From: Candidatus Dormiibacterota bacterium
GTDB taxonomy: Bacteria; Chloroflexota; Dormibacteria; Aeolococcales; Aeolococcaceae
Direction: 5' to 3'
Length of the DNA: 64,000 bases
Assembly (NCBI GenBank): GCA_963718525.1
Contig: OY970355.1
Span: forward strand, 2,880,001-2,944,000
In this document: one piece after another, positions 18,246 through 28,235 of the stretch
Position numbering within the stretch: the stretch's first letter is position 1
Layout: every line of letters begins with the position of its first letter
The notes under the pieces: generated by a model
The model's input: only the letters and a program-made list of their open reading frames with translations
The model's database searches: none
Told to the model about the DNA's origin: nothing
Program-made: the position numbers and the translations under genes

Positions 18246-19634
18246 TCAGCTGGCTGGGCGCTGGAAACGTAGCGGGGTGAAGCGCACGTAGGCCGCCGGC
18301 ACGGTGTTGTACGTGGGTCCGAGCGCTGTGGCGACAGCGTTGAGCGCGGCGGGGCTCGTGCCTCCCCAATGTCCGGTGTTGACGCGGTGGATCAGCGCCT
18401 TGAAGGCCGCGATGGTCTCCGCAGGCGTGAACGTGCAATGTCCCGCGCGGCTGACGAAGTCCTGTCGCAGGAGATACCCCTTGCCGGCCTTGTCCACGGT
18501 GTTCTCGTATTGTGCCTCCGCCTCGTTGACGACGAGCCCATCAGCAGTGGTGTGCAGCGTAAGCACAGGCTGGCTGAGATCGCCGTTGAAGACGATGTTG
18601 TGCTTGAGATATGCGACCGCGCTCGGTACGGAGCTGATCCGCGGAGCGGCGGTCAGCGTCGCGATGTCGGCGCTGAGGCTGAGCCCAGCGGCATGGTAGA
18701 GCGCCTTGACCTCGTTGTAGTCAGGCGACTCCTGCAGCTGCCGCCAGAAGTTGACCCCACCGGTCCAGGACGGGTTGCCTCCGGCACGCGCCTCGAGTTC
18801 GGCACGGAACGCAAACGCGAAAGGTCCGTCGACCTGGGTTTCCCAGAGGAACTGGTTCGCTTCCTGAGCCGTGTAGTCGGTCGGCGCCGGTTCGGGGCTT
18901 GCCGGATCGAACCAGCCGGGGATGTCGCCGAGCGCGCTCGCCAGAGCGATGCGTGCCTGCCCCTGCGGAGTTGCCTGTGCGCCTGCGAAAAGTGCCTCGC
19001 TCAACGCCAGGTTGGCGGTCGGGTTCGTGATGTTCACGATCTGGAGGCCCGAGGTCGGGCCGAGGAGTTGCTGCACCGCAAGCGCTGAGTTGAGCGCGAG
19101 GTTCCACGTCTGCACGCCGCCCGCGACGACGCCACACATCGGGAGAGCCGCTGTGAAGCGCTCTGGCGCAACCTGGATGAGGCCGGCGGTGATCATGCCG
19201 CCGAGGGAGTGTCCCCAGGCGATGGTGCGGTCCGGCCTGCGGACGAGATGATCGAACGTGTTCAAGGTCGCCAGCTGGTCCGGGATCGCCTGCTGGATCG
19301 CCCAGCCTGTGGTCGCGTACGAGGAACCGGCGAGCGCGTAGCCATTGGTGAGGAGCCACTGGCCGGTGAGCGGATCGCCGACGTCGGTCGCGGGGTTCGG
19401 GCTCCCCGGGACGACGTAGCCGTGGCTGTACAGGACGAGCGTGCCGTTCCAGTCGGCGGGCACCTGAATGAGGTAGGTCGCTCCGTCGGCAAGGGTTCCG
19501 GTCAGCGTCTCCGGACCGCTGGCCAGCGCCCGGGACGGGCCGAAGCCGACCACCGCGAACCCGAGGCCGAGCGCAACGGCGCTGAGTTTCGCAATCGCGG
19601 CCCGAGTTCGTTGTGCCACTCGTACCCGAAGCAT
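18246..19634 (-). CDS. Secreted alpha/beta hydrolase
   Basis: Signal peptide; WNGTLVLYSHGY, GHSLGG, DGLV, GHC; AAGGAGG RBS. Confidence 0.88.
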   Translation of the reverse strand: MLRVRVAQRTRAAIAKLSAVALGLGFAVVGFGPSRALASGPETLTGTLADGATYLIQVPADWNGTLVLYSHGYVVPGSPNPATDVGDPLTGQWLLTNGYALAGSSYATTGWAIQQAIPDQLATLNTFDHLVRRPDRTIAWGHSLGGMITAGLIQVAPERFTAALPMCGVVAGGVQTWNLALNSALAVQQLLGPTSGLQIVNITNPTANLALSEALFAGAQATPQGQARIALASALGDIPGWFDPASPEPAPTDYTAQEANQFLWETQVDGPFAFAFRAELEARAGGNPSWTGGVNFWRQLQESPDYNEVKALYHAAGLSLSADIATLTAAPRISSVPSAVAYLKHNIVFNGDLSQPVLTLHTTADGLVVNEAEAQYENTVDKAGKGYLLRQDFVSRAGHCTFTPAETIAAFKALIHRVNTGHWGGTSPAALNAVATALGPTYNTVPAAYVRFTPLRFQRPAS

Positions 19635-19677
19635 GTCCACCTCCTTGCGTGAGGCGACGGTTGACGTCGCGCCGACG

Positions 19678-20256
19678 CTACCTCTGGCGGTCCTCCACCG
19701 TCAAGGCGGGCTGGGCGCTTCCCCATCCGCGCGCCGGAGTGGAGACACGCGGTACTGCAGGGGTCACACTGACGGGCTCGTGGCGCGACATGGGCACCAC
19801 CGCCGAGGGCGATTCTGTCGCGACCTTCACCTTCCGTGGGATGGTGACACTGATGAGCCCGCCCAGGAAGGCAATTACCGCGCCGCCGGCGAGCAAAAGG
19901 TAGCCAACCTGGAGATCCCGCGCCAGCGACGCGGCCGGGGCCAGCTGATCGATGTCGTGTTTGAAGCCGCTCAACAGGAACGCGATCAACAGAGCCCAGA
20001 TGATCGCCAGCATTGAGATGAGCAAACCCAGGGCGCGAGAGATCATCCCGCCTCTGAGAACAACGACCAGCCCGGTGAGCATGAGCAGACCTCCCAGGGC
20101 GAAGCTCACCCAGGCATCGACGGGAGTGCCTCCCATCGTGAAGCCGTTCAGATTCTGCCCGGAAGCCGGGAGCGTGACCCAGCTCAGGGAAACGCCGACG
20201 GAGATGAGGGCCCCACCTGCGACAAGCAGCAGCCCAGCAAGGAAACGTCTCGCCAT
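19678..20256 (-). CDS. Hypothetical 4-TM membrane protein
   Basis: Hydrophobic helices, LSWV, GYLLL; AGGAGG RBS. Confidence 0.75.
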   Translation of the reverse strand: MARRFLAGLLLVAGGALISVGVSLSWVTLPASGQNLNGFTMGGTPVDAWVSFALGGLLMLTGLVVVLRGGMISRALGLLISMLAIIWALLIAFLLSGFKHDIDQLAPAASLARDLQVGYLLLAGGAVIAFLGGLISVTIPRKVKVATESPSAVVPMSRHEPVSVTPAVPRVSTPARGWGSAQPALTVEDRQR

Positions 20257-20353
20257 TGCGGTTACCTCCTTTGCCGTTCCACCGTAGCACCGCCGTACCA
20301 CTCGGCTGCCCCGGCGTAACCTCCGCGCGACCAGCCCTTTCGGTAGGCACACC

Positions 20354-22906
20354 ATGCTGGGCGGGTGTGCTCAGTCGGAAGGCGTGCGTGCAGTGGATCT
20401 GACAACTGAGCGAGGGTTCCAGGCTGTCGAAGGGATCAGTCGGGCGCGGGATGCCCAGGAACTCGTCGACGCTGTGCTTCAGGGGCTGACATCCCATGGT
20501 CTTCGGGGATCGTGGGGCACGCTCCGAGGTGATGAGGTCGTGATGGCGGGCGTCGCGGTGCCTGACGATGACACCGCGCGCATCGAGGAGATCCTCCGGG
20601 TCCCGCTCGGATCGATGCGCTTCCAGCTGGCGGCCTACGCATCGTTCGCCACGGCCGTTCGCCGGCGCACCTCAACCATCGAGCCGGCGTTCCCGTCCCG
20701 GATGATCTCGATGTTTCCGAATCTCACCGACGCCGAACGGGCCGCGGTCCGGAAGCATCTGGGTCCTGGCCCGTTGGTGGTCGTGCCCATCACCGACGAC
20801 GACACGATCCTCGGCCTATTGCTTGCATGGGGTCCCGGCGTGGCCTCGAAGCGCCGTGTGGTCGAGAGTCTTGCCACGGTGGCGGGGCTGGCATGGCACA
20901 GAGTGCGAGAACCTACCGGAGCGATTCACGTTCCTGCCAAGACGAGCGTCAACCCGACCGGCGAGCTGGCGGACGCCATTGCCGAGCTCCTCGCCCCCGG
21001 CACCATTCGCGCAGCGCTCCAGCCCGTTGTCCGTCTCCGGGATCGCATCGTGCTCGGCTACGAGGCGCTCTGTCGCTTCACGCCGCGTGGCGGCTTACGA
21101 AACCCCGACGATCTGTTCGCGGCCGTCGTCATCACCGGCCAGAAGCTCGACGTCGACGCTGCGTGCCTGACTGCGGCGTTCGCCGCCGGTACCCAAGCGC
21201 CTCCGGCGACACTCTTCGTCAACGTCGCGGTGGAGACGTTGGTCGAGGGAAGCCCGGCTGGAGACCGTCTCTCGCGGATGGCCGAGACTGCGGGAGTTGC
21301 TCCGGAAAACGTCGTCCTCGAAGTGAGCGAGCGCACTCCGATTGGCGATCTCACGCGCCTGCGACGAGTTGTCGCCGAGTTGCGCGCACGCGGCTTTCGC
21401 ATCGCCATCGATGATGCCGGCGCGGGCCACGCCAGCATGCTCGTCATCGCCGAGGTGCAACCGGAGTTCATCAAGATTGACCGGCAGCTGATTCACGGTA
21501 TTGACGTCAGCGCCGCACGCCGTGCGCTGGCCGTCTCGCTGCTCTCTTTCGGGGCGCACATCAACGCTCGTGTCATCGCAGAAGGTATCGAGACCGACGA
21601 TGAGCTCCAGACGCTGCTGAGCCTTGGTGTTCAATTCGGTCAAGGGTGGCTCCTCGGCCGCCCCGTCATGGTCGCGCCTCCGGTGGATGCCACCAGCGTG
21701 GTGGCCGTCACATCTGATTGGTTCAAGGAGCAGCGCGCCGCCTCGTTCCGAACCAGCGTCCTCGAGATGTCGCCGAACAATCTCGACGGCAGCAAGGCTG
21801 AAGCGCCGGAACCCACGAGAAGACGCGCTGCTCTGCCACGCGCTCTCATCAACGCCGCGGCTGCGCTCCAGTCGGAGCACGACCCAGCCGGAATTCTTCG
21901 GGTCATCGCTGATCAACTGCCATCGGTTGTTCCGGTTGACGCTGTCTATATCTATGCTGCTGACGAGAGTCACAACCGGTTCCTCCCGGTCTACGCCACG
22001 GGGAGCGAGGCCAAGGCGCGGATGGCATACGGCTACTCCATGGATTCCGGCGTGAATGGATGGGCGTTCAAGATCGGCGTACCGCAATACGTCAAGGATG
22101 TCAGCGCGCACCCAGCGACCATAACGATTCCTGGAACGCCCGTCGGCGAGCCCGAGTCGTATCTCATCATCCCGCTCATCGCCGGGGATCGGCGGCTGGG
22201 TGTGCTCGACTGCAGCCGGGTGGGCATCAATCGGTTCACGAGCCGCGACCTCGAGGCCGCGGCGCTGTTCGGTCATACCGCGGCTGCGGCATGGCGCAAT
22301 GCCGAGCTCTACGCGGAGCTCACCGAGCGCGCGATCCTGGATCCTTTGACCGGTCTCCTCAACAGTCGCTGGCTTCGCGAGGTCGGCGACCGCGAGGTGT
22401 CGCAGAGTCTGCGCAGCGGTCGGTCACTTGCGATCCTGCTGCTCGACCTCGACAAGTTCAAGCAGATCAACGACACCGGGGGGCACAGTGCGGGCGACCT
22501 CGTGTTGCGCCGTGTGGGCGCTGTGCTCACAAGCATGATTCGCTCCGGAGATGCAGCGGTACAACTCGGCGGCGAAGAGTTCCTCGTTGTTCTCCGTGAT
22601 ACCGACACGGCGGGCGCGGAACGCGTGGCGCTGGAGTTTCGCGATCGGCTCGCGGCAGTTCCTCTCCCCCGGAGCTGTCTGCCTCGCCGCAATCTCACGG
22701 TTTCCGCTGGGATTGCCCTGCTTCCTCACAACGGGAGCCTCCTCCCAGAGTTGGTGAAGGCCGCGGATGTGGCCATGTATGAAGCGAAGCGCGCCGGTGG
22801 TGATCGGCACCATCTCAGTACCCACCGCCCAAACAAGCGGCCGTCAGTGCGACCCAAGGGCACGATCGCTGCTGCTACGGTCGTGCCCATGAAACTGGGT
22901 CGCTGA
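20354..22906 (+). CDS. GAF-like-EAL-GAF-GGDEF protein
   Basis: YEALCRF, IDDAGAG, IAEGIET, GAF (IPLIAGDRRLGVL), DPLTGLLN, LGGEEF; true start may be 30-40 nt downstream. Confidence 0.92.
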   Translation: MLGGCAQSEGVRAVDLTTERGFQAVEGISRARDAQELVDAVLQGLTSHGLRGSWGTLRGDEVVMAGVAVPDDDTARIEEILRVPLGSMRFQLAAYASFATAVRRRTSTIEPAFPSRMISMFPNLTDAERAAVRKHLGPGPLVVVPITDDDTILGLLLAWGPGVASKRRVVESLATVAGLAWHRVREPTGAIHVPAKTSVNPTGELADAIAELLAPGTIRAALQPVVRLRDRIVLGYEALCRFTPRGGLRNPDDLFAAVVITGQKLDVDAACLTAAFAAGTQAPPATLFVNVAVETLVEGSPAGDRLSRMAETAGVAPENVVLEVSERTPIGDLTRLRRVVAELRARGFRIAIDDAGAGHASMLVIAEVQPEFIKIDRQLIHGIDVSAARRALAVSLLSFGAHINARVIAEGIETDDELQTLLSLGVQFGQGWLLGRPVMVAPPVDATSVVAVTSDWFKEQRAASFRTSVLEMSPNNLDGSKAEAPEPTRRRAALPRALINAAAALQSEHDPAGILRVIADQLPSVVPVDAVYIYAADESHNRFLPVYATGSEAKARMAYGYSMDSGVNGWAFKIGVPQYVKDVSAHPATITIPGTPVGEPESYLIIPLIAGDRRLGVLDCSRVGINRFTSRDLEAAALFGHTAAAAWRNAELYAELTERAILDPLTGLLNSRWLREVGDREVSQSLRSGRSLAILLLDLDKFKQINDTGGHSAGDLVLRRVGAVLTSMIRSGDAAVQLGGEEFLVVLRDTDTAGAERVALEFRDRLAAVPLPRSCLPRRNLTVSAGIALLPHNGSLLPELVKAADVAMYEAKRAGGDRHHLSTHRPNKRPSVRPKGTIAAATVVPMKLGR

Positions 22907-22970
22907 ACGAGCGCGTGACCAGCCGACACTGCTGGCGTAACTCGATACGCGGCAGCCGAGTTGAGTGGAC

Positions 22971-23630
22971 ATGGGAGGACAACACAGTCCGCAGCGGTGG
23001 CGGTTGCGACCGCGAACCGTGATCGGCGGCGGCGTCGCCGTGCTAGTCGTTGCCGGTGTCATCTTTGGAGCGGTCGAGGACGTGGGGACTCATCGAGCGC
23101 TAGGGAGCGCTGAGTCCAACGTCGCCTCGACCCGCCGGGATCTCGTTGCTGTATCCGCGGCGGCAAGCAGTCTGAAGGGGCAATTGGGGGTTCTTGTCTC
23201 GGCACAAGCCTCAATGCGGGCGCAGGAGGCTTTGCTGACGTCGGAGAACGCCTCATTGGCGGCGCAATTGTCCGCTGAAGCGGCTGCTCAGGCGGCGCGA
23301 GTTGGAGCTCCGATCTTCGAAAAGTCCGGTTCGGGGGGGATTCCCGAGCCAGCCGCCGTCACCGTCGTGGTCGCGGCGTCAGGTCCGTACGTCGTTCGAT
23401 ATGCCCTTTCTGGGTGCTCGAATGATTCGCCGCTCGCCTTTACCCTATTGGCCAGCGCGACGAACGAGTTCGTGCACCTGGCACCGAACGCCGGCGGGAA
23501 CCTCACCGGCACGAACGTTGTTTACCTGGCGGCAGGCAACTGGTGGTTCTGGGGCGGTGGTCAGCTGGCGAGCACAGGTGCCCTTGACTCACACTGCAAG
23601 TGGACACTCGCCATCGCCCACAACGGCTAA
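22971..23630 (+). CDS. Membrane-anchored protein: coiled coil plus Cys-containing beta domain
   Basis: TM helix, heptad region, C-terminal C...CKWTL. Confidence 0.65.
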   Translation: MGGQHSPQRWRLRPRTVIGGGVAVLVVAGVIFGAVEDVGTHRALGSAESNVASTRRDLVAVSAAASSLKGQLGVLVSAQASMRAQEALLTSENASLAAQLSAEAAAQAARVGAPIFEKSGSGGIPEPAAVTVVVAASGPYVVRYALSGCSNDSPLAFTLLASATNEFVHLAPNAGGNLTGTNVVYLAAGNWWFWGGGQLASTGALDSHCKWTLAIAHNG

Positions 23631-23650
23631 CCGCGCTCCGGACCTCGGCC

Positions 23651-23681
23651 TTGACTTTCCAGTAAGGGGAGACCGCATGCT
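23651..23681 (+). promoter_or_regulatory. MerR-type promoter, leaderless
   Basis: TTGACT-19 bp-CATGCT ending 6 nt before the ATG; imperfect dyad in the spacer. Confidence 0.65.
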
Positions 23682-23687
23682 TCGGGC

Positions 23688-24614
23688 ATGGACTTCTCAA
23701 TCGGCGAAGTGGCTCGGCTGACCGGCCTTCCGATCAAGACCATCCGCCATTACTCGGACATCGGCCTCGTCGCGGCGGTCAGCCGTACCGATGCCGGGTA
23801 TCGCCGCTACGACGAGGCCGGGCTGGCTCGCCTCGAACTTATTCATGCGCTGCGCGATCTCGGGATGGATCTTGCGAATATCCGGCGCGTCACCGATCGC
23901 GAGACCGGGATCGAGGAAGTGTCCCGCGCTCACGCCGACGCCATCGATCTGCACATCCAGCAGCTCACGTTACGCCGGGCAGTGCTGCGCGCCATCGCTC
24001 GCGGCGTCACCCGGCCCGAGGAGGTACGGCGCATGACCGCTCTTGCCCAAGCGTCAGCAGAGGAATCCCGCCGAATCATGGAGGAGTTTCTCGATTCCAT
24101 CTTCTCCGGCCATCAGGACAATCCGTTTGCTCAACGCATGCGCTCTGCGCTGCCCGTGCTGCCCGAGGAGCCCACCGCCGAGCAGATTGATGCATGGGTC
24201 GAGCTCGCCGGCCTGGTTCAAGACTCCGCGTTTCGTACCCGCATCCGCGAGATGATCGTCGAGGGCGAACGTCAGCGTGCCGCCTCAGGCATCACCGAAA
24301 CCGACGAGGCGACACAGCGTGCCGGGCAGCTTCTGGTGGATCGCGCAAGCTCGGCGGTCTCGGACGGCGTTGCCACTGATTCTGCCGAAGCCCTGGCGAT
24401 CGTCAACGAGGTGGTGCCGCTGTTCGCTGCAGCGGCGGACCGCAAGGACAGCCCGGAGTACCGCAGTGAGCTTGCCCACCAACTCGCGACGTTCAGCGAC
24501 CGCCGAGTCGAGCGCTACTGGCAACTCATCGGACTCCTCAACGGATGGCCGGCGCAACCCTCCCTGATGCGACCGTACGAATGGTTCATGGCCGCGCTCG
24601 ACAACTCGTTGTAA
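23688..24614 (+). CDS. MerR-family regulator
   Basis: FSIGEVARLTGLPIKTIRHY, RTDAGYRRY; C-terminal ERYWQLIG. Confidence 0.95.
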   Translation: MDFSIGEVARLTGLPIKTIRHYSDIGLVAAVSRTDAGYRRYDEAGLARLELIHALRDLGMDLANIRRVTDRETGIEEVSRAHADAIDLHIQQLTLRRAVLRAIARGVTRPEEVRRMTALAQASAEESRRIMEEFLDSIFSGHQDNPFAQRMRSALPVLPEEPTAEQIDAWVELAGLVQDSAFRTRIREMIVEGERQRAASGITETDEATQRAGQLLVDRASSAVSDGVATDSAEALAIVNEVVPLFAAAADRKDSPEYRSELAHQLATFSDRRVERYWQLIGLLNGWPAQPSLMRPYEWFMAALDNSL

Positions 24615-24681
24615 TTCCTTGTCGGCGACGAAACGCGTGCGGGCCGTCTCTGCCTCGATTGGCGAGGCCGATCCCCGCTGA

Positions 24682-25218
24682 TCAGGGCGCGTCGATGATC
24701 GGAAGGAACTCCCGCCACGGGCCGATCGCCTGTGTGTACTGCTTTGCCATCGTCTTGCCGATCTGACCCAGGTGATTCAGGTCGTGGACAACCCAGGCGG
24801 CGAGCAGCTGGCTGATCGTCACCTCGCCGAAGGTGGGATGCACACCTCGCCGACTGAGATCCTCGATCGCGATCAATTCGTTCAGTGTCTTGAGATTCGT
24901 GGTCCTCAGCGCCGCGAATCGATCCAACAGATCATTCAGGCTCCAGTCCGCGAATCGGGCGAAGCCGGCCTCGCGGTCCACTGGCTCGAAGACACGTTCG
25001 GTTCCATGTTTGAGAATCAATCGCGTCCGGTCAATCCAGTCGCTCTCCTCCACGAACGTGAGGTGCCCAACGACCTGGTACGGAGACCACGTGTCGGGTC
25101 CTTCACCGCCGGTGATCCAGTCGTCCGAGAGGTCCGCGAGCATGGCCCGAAGCACGTCCGGAGTTCGACGAAGCACTTCGGTGCCGAGCTCGATCGAGAA
25201 GTCCATGACCTCTGCCAT
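24682..25218 (-). CDS. DinB-family protein
   Basis: WSPYQVVGHL, GVHPTFGEVT, WVVHDLNHLGQI. Confidence 0.9.
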   Translation of the reverse strand: MAEVMDFSIELGTEVLRRTPDVLRAMLADLSDDWITGGEGPDTWSPYQVVGHLTFVEESDWIDRTRLILKHGTERVFEPVDREAGFARFADWSLNDLLDRFAALRTTNLKTLNELIAIEDLSRRGVHPTFGEVTISQLLAAWVVHDLNHLGQIGKTMAKQYTQAIGPWREFLPIIDAP

Positions 25219-25258
25219 CGTAGGACGCCAACGGACACACGGCCGGGCCTCGCGGATG

Positions 25259-25287
25259 TTGCGAACGGTTGGGCAAGTCTGTAAAGT
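25259..25287 (+). promoter_or_regulatory. Putative sigma70 promoter for the sRNA
   Basis: TTGCGA-17 bp-TAAAGT. Confidence 0.5.
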
Positions 25288-25292
25288 CACCG

Positions 25293-25438
25293 GTTGCGGG
25301 CCCACCCGTCAGAAATGGCGAGTGGACGGCCCGGAAAGATGGTGGCCCATCAATCCGGACGAGGGTCGAGCCTGAGGGCCACCGAAAGGCACCGCCTCCC
25401 GTACTGAAGGCCCCGCGTCGCAAGATGTGGGGCTTTTC
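25293..25438 (+). ncRNA. Candidate structured small RNA
   Basis: Promoter, GAAA-capped hairpin, GGTGGCCC/GGGCCACC stem and terminator on a strand with no credible gene here. Confidence 0.55.
25410..25438 (+). terminator. Intrinsic terminator
   Basis: GCCCCGCGTC-GCAA-GATGTGGGGC-TTTT; the two G-U pairs form only on the + strand. Confidence 0.75.
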
Positions 25439-25498
25439 TCTATGTCGGGGGACTGGCGCTTGGAAAGCCCCACGCCACCTCGCGTGTCTGAATGCAAG

Positions 25499-25741
25499 TC
25501 AGTCCTTGGAGACGTCCTCTTGAGCCGCGACCTCGACCGCCGTCAGCCGAGAGCCGCAATCCACGCACTTGGCGACCGGACGGTCGGGCGCCTCGACAAA
25601 CAGAGCCTCGACGAGCACCGATGGAAAGGTCAGTGGGATGACGCGGTCACTCCCGCACTGCACACAGAGCAGCATGGCGCGCAATGCTCTCAGCGCGTGA
25701 GGATCTCCGTCTGTCCGCGAGAGAACCGTCGCGGTGATCAT
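25499..25741 (-). CDS. Small Zn-ribbon-like protein
   Basis: CVQCGS...CVDCGS; start 25741 or 25675. Confidence 0.55.
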   Translation of the reverse strand: MITATVLSRTDGDPHALRALRAMLLCVQCGSDRVIPLTFPSVLVEALFVEAPDRPVAKCVDCGSRLTAVEVAAQEDVSKD

Positions 25742-25889
25742 GACCTGGCAGCTGCCACCTGCTCGTTCATGAACGCGATCTCAGCGGCGTTGTTGGCGTG
25801 CGAGCGCTGCGCGGTACGCCGCCTCGGCTCGGACGGTTTCGCCGAGGCGATCGACAGCCGTTCATCCGCGAGGGCGATGAGCGTGATGC

Positions 25890-26129
25890 TCACCGCCCTT
25901 CGAGGACCCGAAGGCGACGCTGGTATTCGTCGGTGTCGATCTCGCCCCGCGCGAACCGCTCGCGTAGCACCGTGGCGGCGTCCGGCGTGCTGCCATGGCT
26001 GTGGCCAGCGCTCCACCACAGGCGTCCCCGCCAGAGGAAGAGGCCGATCACAGTGATCCACAGGGCGCCGAAGACCAACGGAAAGATCCACCAAAAGCCA
26101 AAGCCGCCGCCTGCCCAATATCCGTTCAT
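25890..26129 (-). CDS. SHOCT-domain membrane protein
   Basis: TM helix then LRERFARGEIDTDEYQRR; GGAGG RBS. Confidence 0.9.
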   Translation of the reverse strand: MNGYWAGGGFGFWWIFPLVFGALWITVIGLFLWRGRLWWSAGHSHGSTPDAATVLRERFARGEIDTDEYQRRLRVLEGR

Positions 26130-26223
26130 GTCGTGTTCCTCCGATGTGTGCGCTGGATGCCAACGGCAACATCGTCGGAGACGCGCAGTGGTCCTGTCGT
26201 CCGTCGGGAAGCGACACTTTCGG

Positions 26224-26241
26224 CTACGTCCGGCGGCGTAG
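26224..26241. promoter_or_regulatory. Response-regulator operator (copy 1)
   Basis: CTACGTCC-GG-CGGCGTAG upstream of the SHOCT gene. Confidence 0.65.
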
Positions 26242-26257
26242 CCAAGCGAGGACGTGT

Positions 26258-26932
26258 CTACGCGAGCGCCTGGCCCGGCGACACGAGCCCGCTTTCGTAC
26301 GCAAAGACCACGAGCTGTGCACGATCCCGAGCGCCGAGCTTCTGCATGGATCGAGACACGTGGGTGCGCGCTGTCGCCGGGCTGATCACGAGCCGTTCGG
26401 CGATCTCGTCATTCGAAAGCCCGCAGCCCGCGAGTGCTACGACTTCACGCTCACGCTCGGTGAGGTTGGCCAGCAGCTTCGTCCGCGGTGCGACCCGTGC
26501 CGGGCGTGCGCTGAAGGCCTCGATGACGCGCCGCGTCACGGCCGGCGAGAGCAGCGACTCACCCGCGGCCACAACTCGAATCGCCCGGAGCAGCTCGGTT
26601 GGTTCCGCATCTTTGAGAAGAAACCCCCCGGCGCCGGCGCGAAGGGCTTCGAAGACGTACTCGTCAATCTCGAAGGTGGTGAGCACGAGCACGCGGACAC
26701 CGCTCAGCTCCGGGTCGGCGGCGATCAGACGCGTCGCCTCCAATCCATCCAGGACGGGCATACGGATGTCCATCACCACCACATCGGGTCGCAGCTCTCG
26801 TACGACCCGGAGCGCTTCCTGGCCGTCAGCGGCCTCTCCGACCACCTCGATGTCGGGCTCCGAGTCGACGAGCGCGCGCAAACCGACCCGGATCAAGGCC
26901 TGATCGTCGGCGAGCACAACGCGGACGCTCAC
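26258..26932 (-). CDS. NarL/LuxR-family response regulator
   Basis: VLADDQ, MDIRMP, LTTF, GFLLKD, LTERERE HTH; GTGA overlap with the kinase stop. Confidence 0.96.
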   Translation of the reverse strand: MSVRVVLADDQALIRVGLRALVDSEPDIEVVGEAADGQEALRVVRELRPDVVVMDIRMPVLDGLEATRLIAADPELSGVRVLVLTTFEIDEYVFEALRAGAGGFLLKDAEPTELLRAIRVVAAGESLLSPAVTRRVIEAFSARPARVAPRTKLLANLTEREREVVALAGCGLSNDEIAERLVISPATARTHVSRSMQKLGARDRAQLVVFAYESGLVSPGQALA

Positions 26933-28158
26933 CGTCCCCCCAGCGGGAGCGATGCCCACACCCGGAATCCCCCCTCCGGGCGTCTGCCCGCCGAGAAAGC
27001 GCCGGCCAACGCCGCGGCGCGCTCGCGCATCCCCAGCAGGCCGCCGCCTTCGCGAGGCGGCTCGCTCACTGCCATGCCGTCGTCGATGATCTCCAGTTCC
27101 AGTTGGTCACGCTCGAGCACTGCGCGCACGCTCACCCTGGTGCCGGTGCCGGCGTGCCGGGCCACGTTGGTCAGCGATTCCTGCACGATCCGGTAGGCAG
27201 CTGTCGAGACGATCTCTGGGACGTCGTCGCCTCGCTGCGGAAGGTCGAGGTCGATCCGAAGTCCAGCATCCCGCATCTGCGCGGCCAGGGCCGGTAGAGC
27301 CGAAAGTCCCGGTGTCGGCCTGCGATCCGCACCTGCGAGACCCTCGCCCCGAAGCGCAGCGAGCTCACTGCGAAGCTCGGTCAGCGCCTGCTTGCTCACG
27401 CCGCGGATGGCGGTGACCGCTTTGCGCGCCTCCTCGGGCCGGCTCGCCAGGAGATGCTCTGCCACGCCCGCCTGCAGGCTGATGACCGCCAGGCTGTGTC
27501 CGATGACATCGTGCATCTCGCGGGCGATCTGCAGTCTCTCTTCGACCAGGCGCCGGCGCGCTTCCTCATCGCGGCTGCGTTGCGTCCATTCAGCCCGCGC
27601 CCGTGATTCCCTGAGAAAGCGCCGCCGAGCCTCGACAGCGATCCCCGCGACCGCGGCGATGAGCACCCAGACACCCGCGAAGAGCGCCACCGGCCACGAC
27701 CAACCGTACACGGCGCCGTGGACTGCCCCGAGCAAGCCGGCGCCGCCGAGCGCCCACGCCATCCACACCGGGAGCGATCTTGTCGCCCCCAGGACGACGA
27801 CCAGACCAAGAAATGGGGCCAGCAGAATTGGCCCTGGTGGATTGCCCACAAGAAGGTATGCACTGGTGCAGGCGAGCGAGCCGGCATACGCGAGCCGCGG
27901 CCAGCGTCGCCGCAGCGCCAACGCCATCGCGGCGCCCGCGAGCAGCAGGTAGCCGCGGACCCCAATGTGGTGCGCGCCGCCGGTGGCGTGCTGCTCCGCG
28001 GTGCTCGCCGCCGCCAGGAAGCCGGTCAGGACAAGCGCAGGGACCAGGTCGGCCGCCACCGGCGCACGTCGCGCCATTTCCGCCCAAAGTGCGCGTGGCG
28101 ACGCGCCCGACCTGAGCTCCCCGGTGTAGGGGATTCGGGATCGCGGGAGGTCGGTCAT
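26929..28158 (-). CDS. Membrane sensor histidine kinase (HisKA_3)
   Basis: IAREMHDVIGHSL, QESLTNVARHA, DDG, GLLGMRER. Confidence 0.96.
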   Translation of the reverse strand: MTDLPRSRIPYTGELRSGASPRALWAEMARRAPVAADLVPALVLTGFLAAASTAEQHATGGAHHIGVRGYLLLAGAAMALALRRRWPRLAYAGSLACTSAYLLVGNPPGPILLAPFLGLVVVLGATRSLPVWMAWALGGAGLLGAVHGAVYGWSWPVALFAGVWVLIAAVAGIAVEARRRFLRESRARAEWTQRSRDEEARRRLVEERLQIAREMHDVIGHSLAVISLQAGVAEHLLASRPEEARKAVTAIRGVSKQALTELRSELAALRGEGLAGADRRPTPGLSALPALAAQMRDAGLRIDLDLPQRGDDVPEIVSTAAYRIVQESLTNVARHAGTGTRVSVRAVLERDQLELEIIDDGMAVSEPPREGGGLLGMRERAAALAGAFSAGRRPEGGFRVWASLPLGGR

Positions 28159-28235
28159 GCCTCAGCACTGCGGGTCATGGCCACACCCTAACCGCCGCTG
28201 ACAGCGCCGTCATCCGTTCGCGCGCGGCTGCCGGC

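Noticed and set aside
25370-25410. Moco or glycine riboswitch match (GCCTCCCGTA; CACCGAAAGGCA)
   Set aside because: Only short fragments match, the required stems are missing, and no + strand gene lies downstream.
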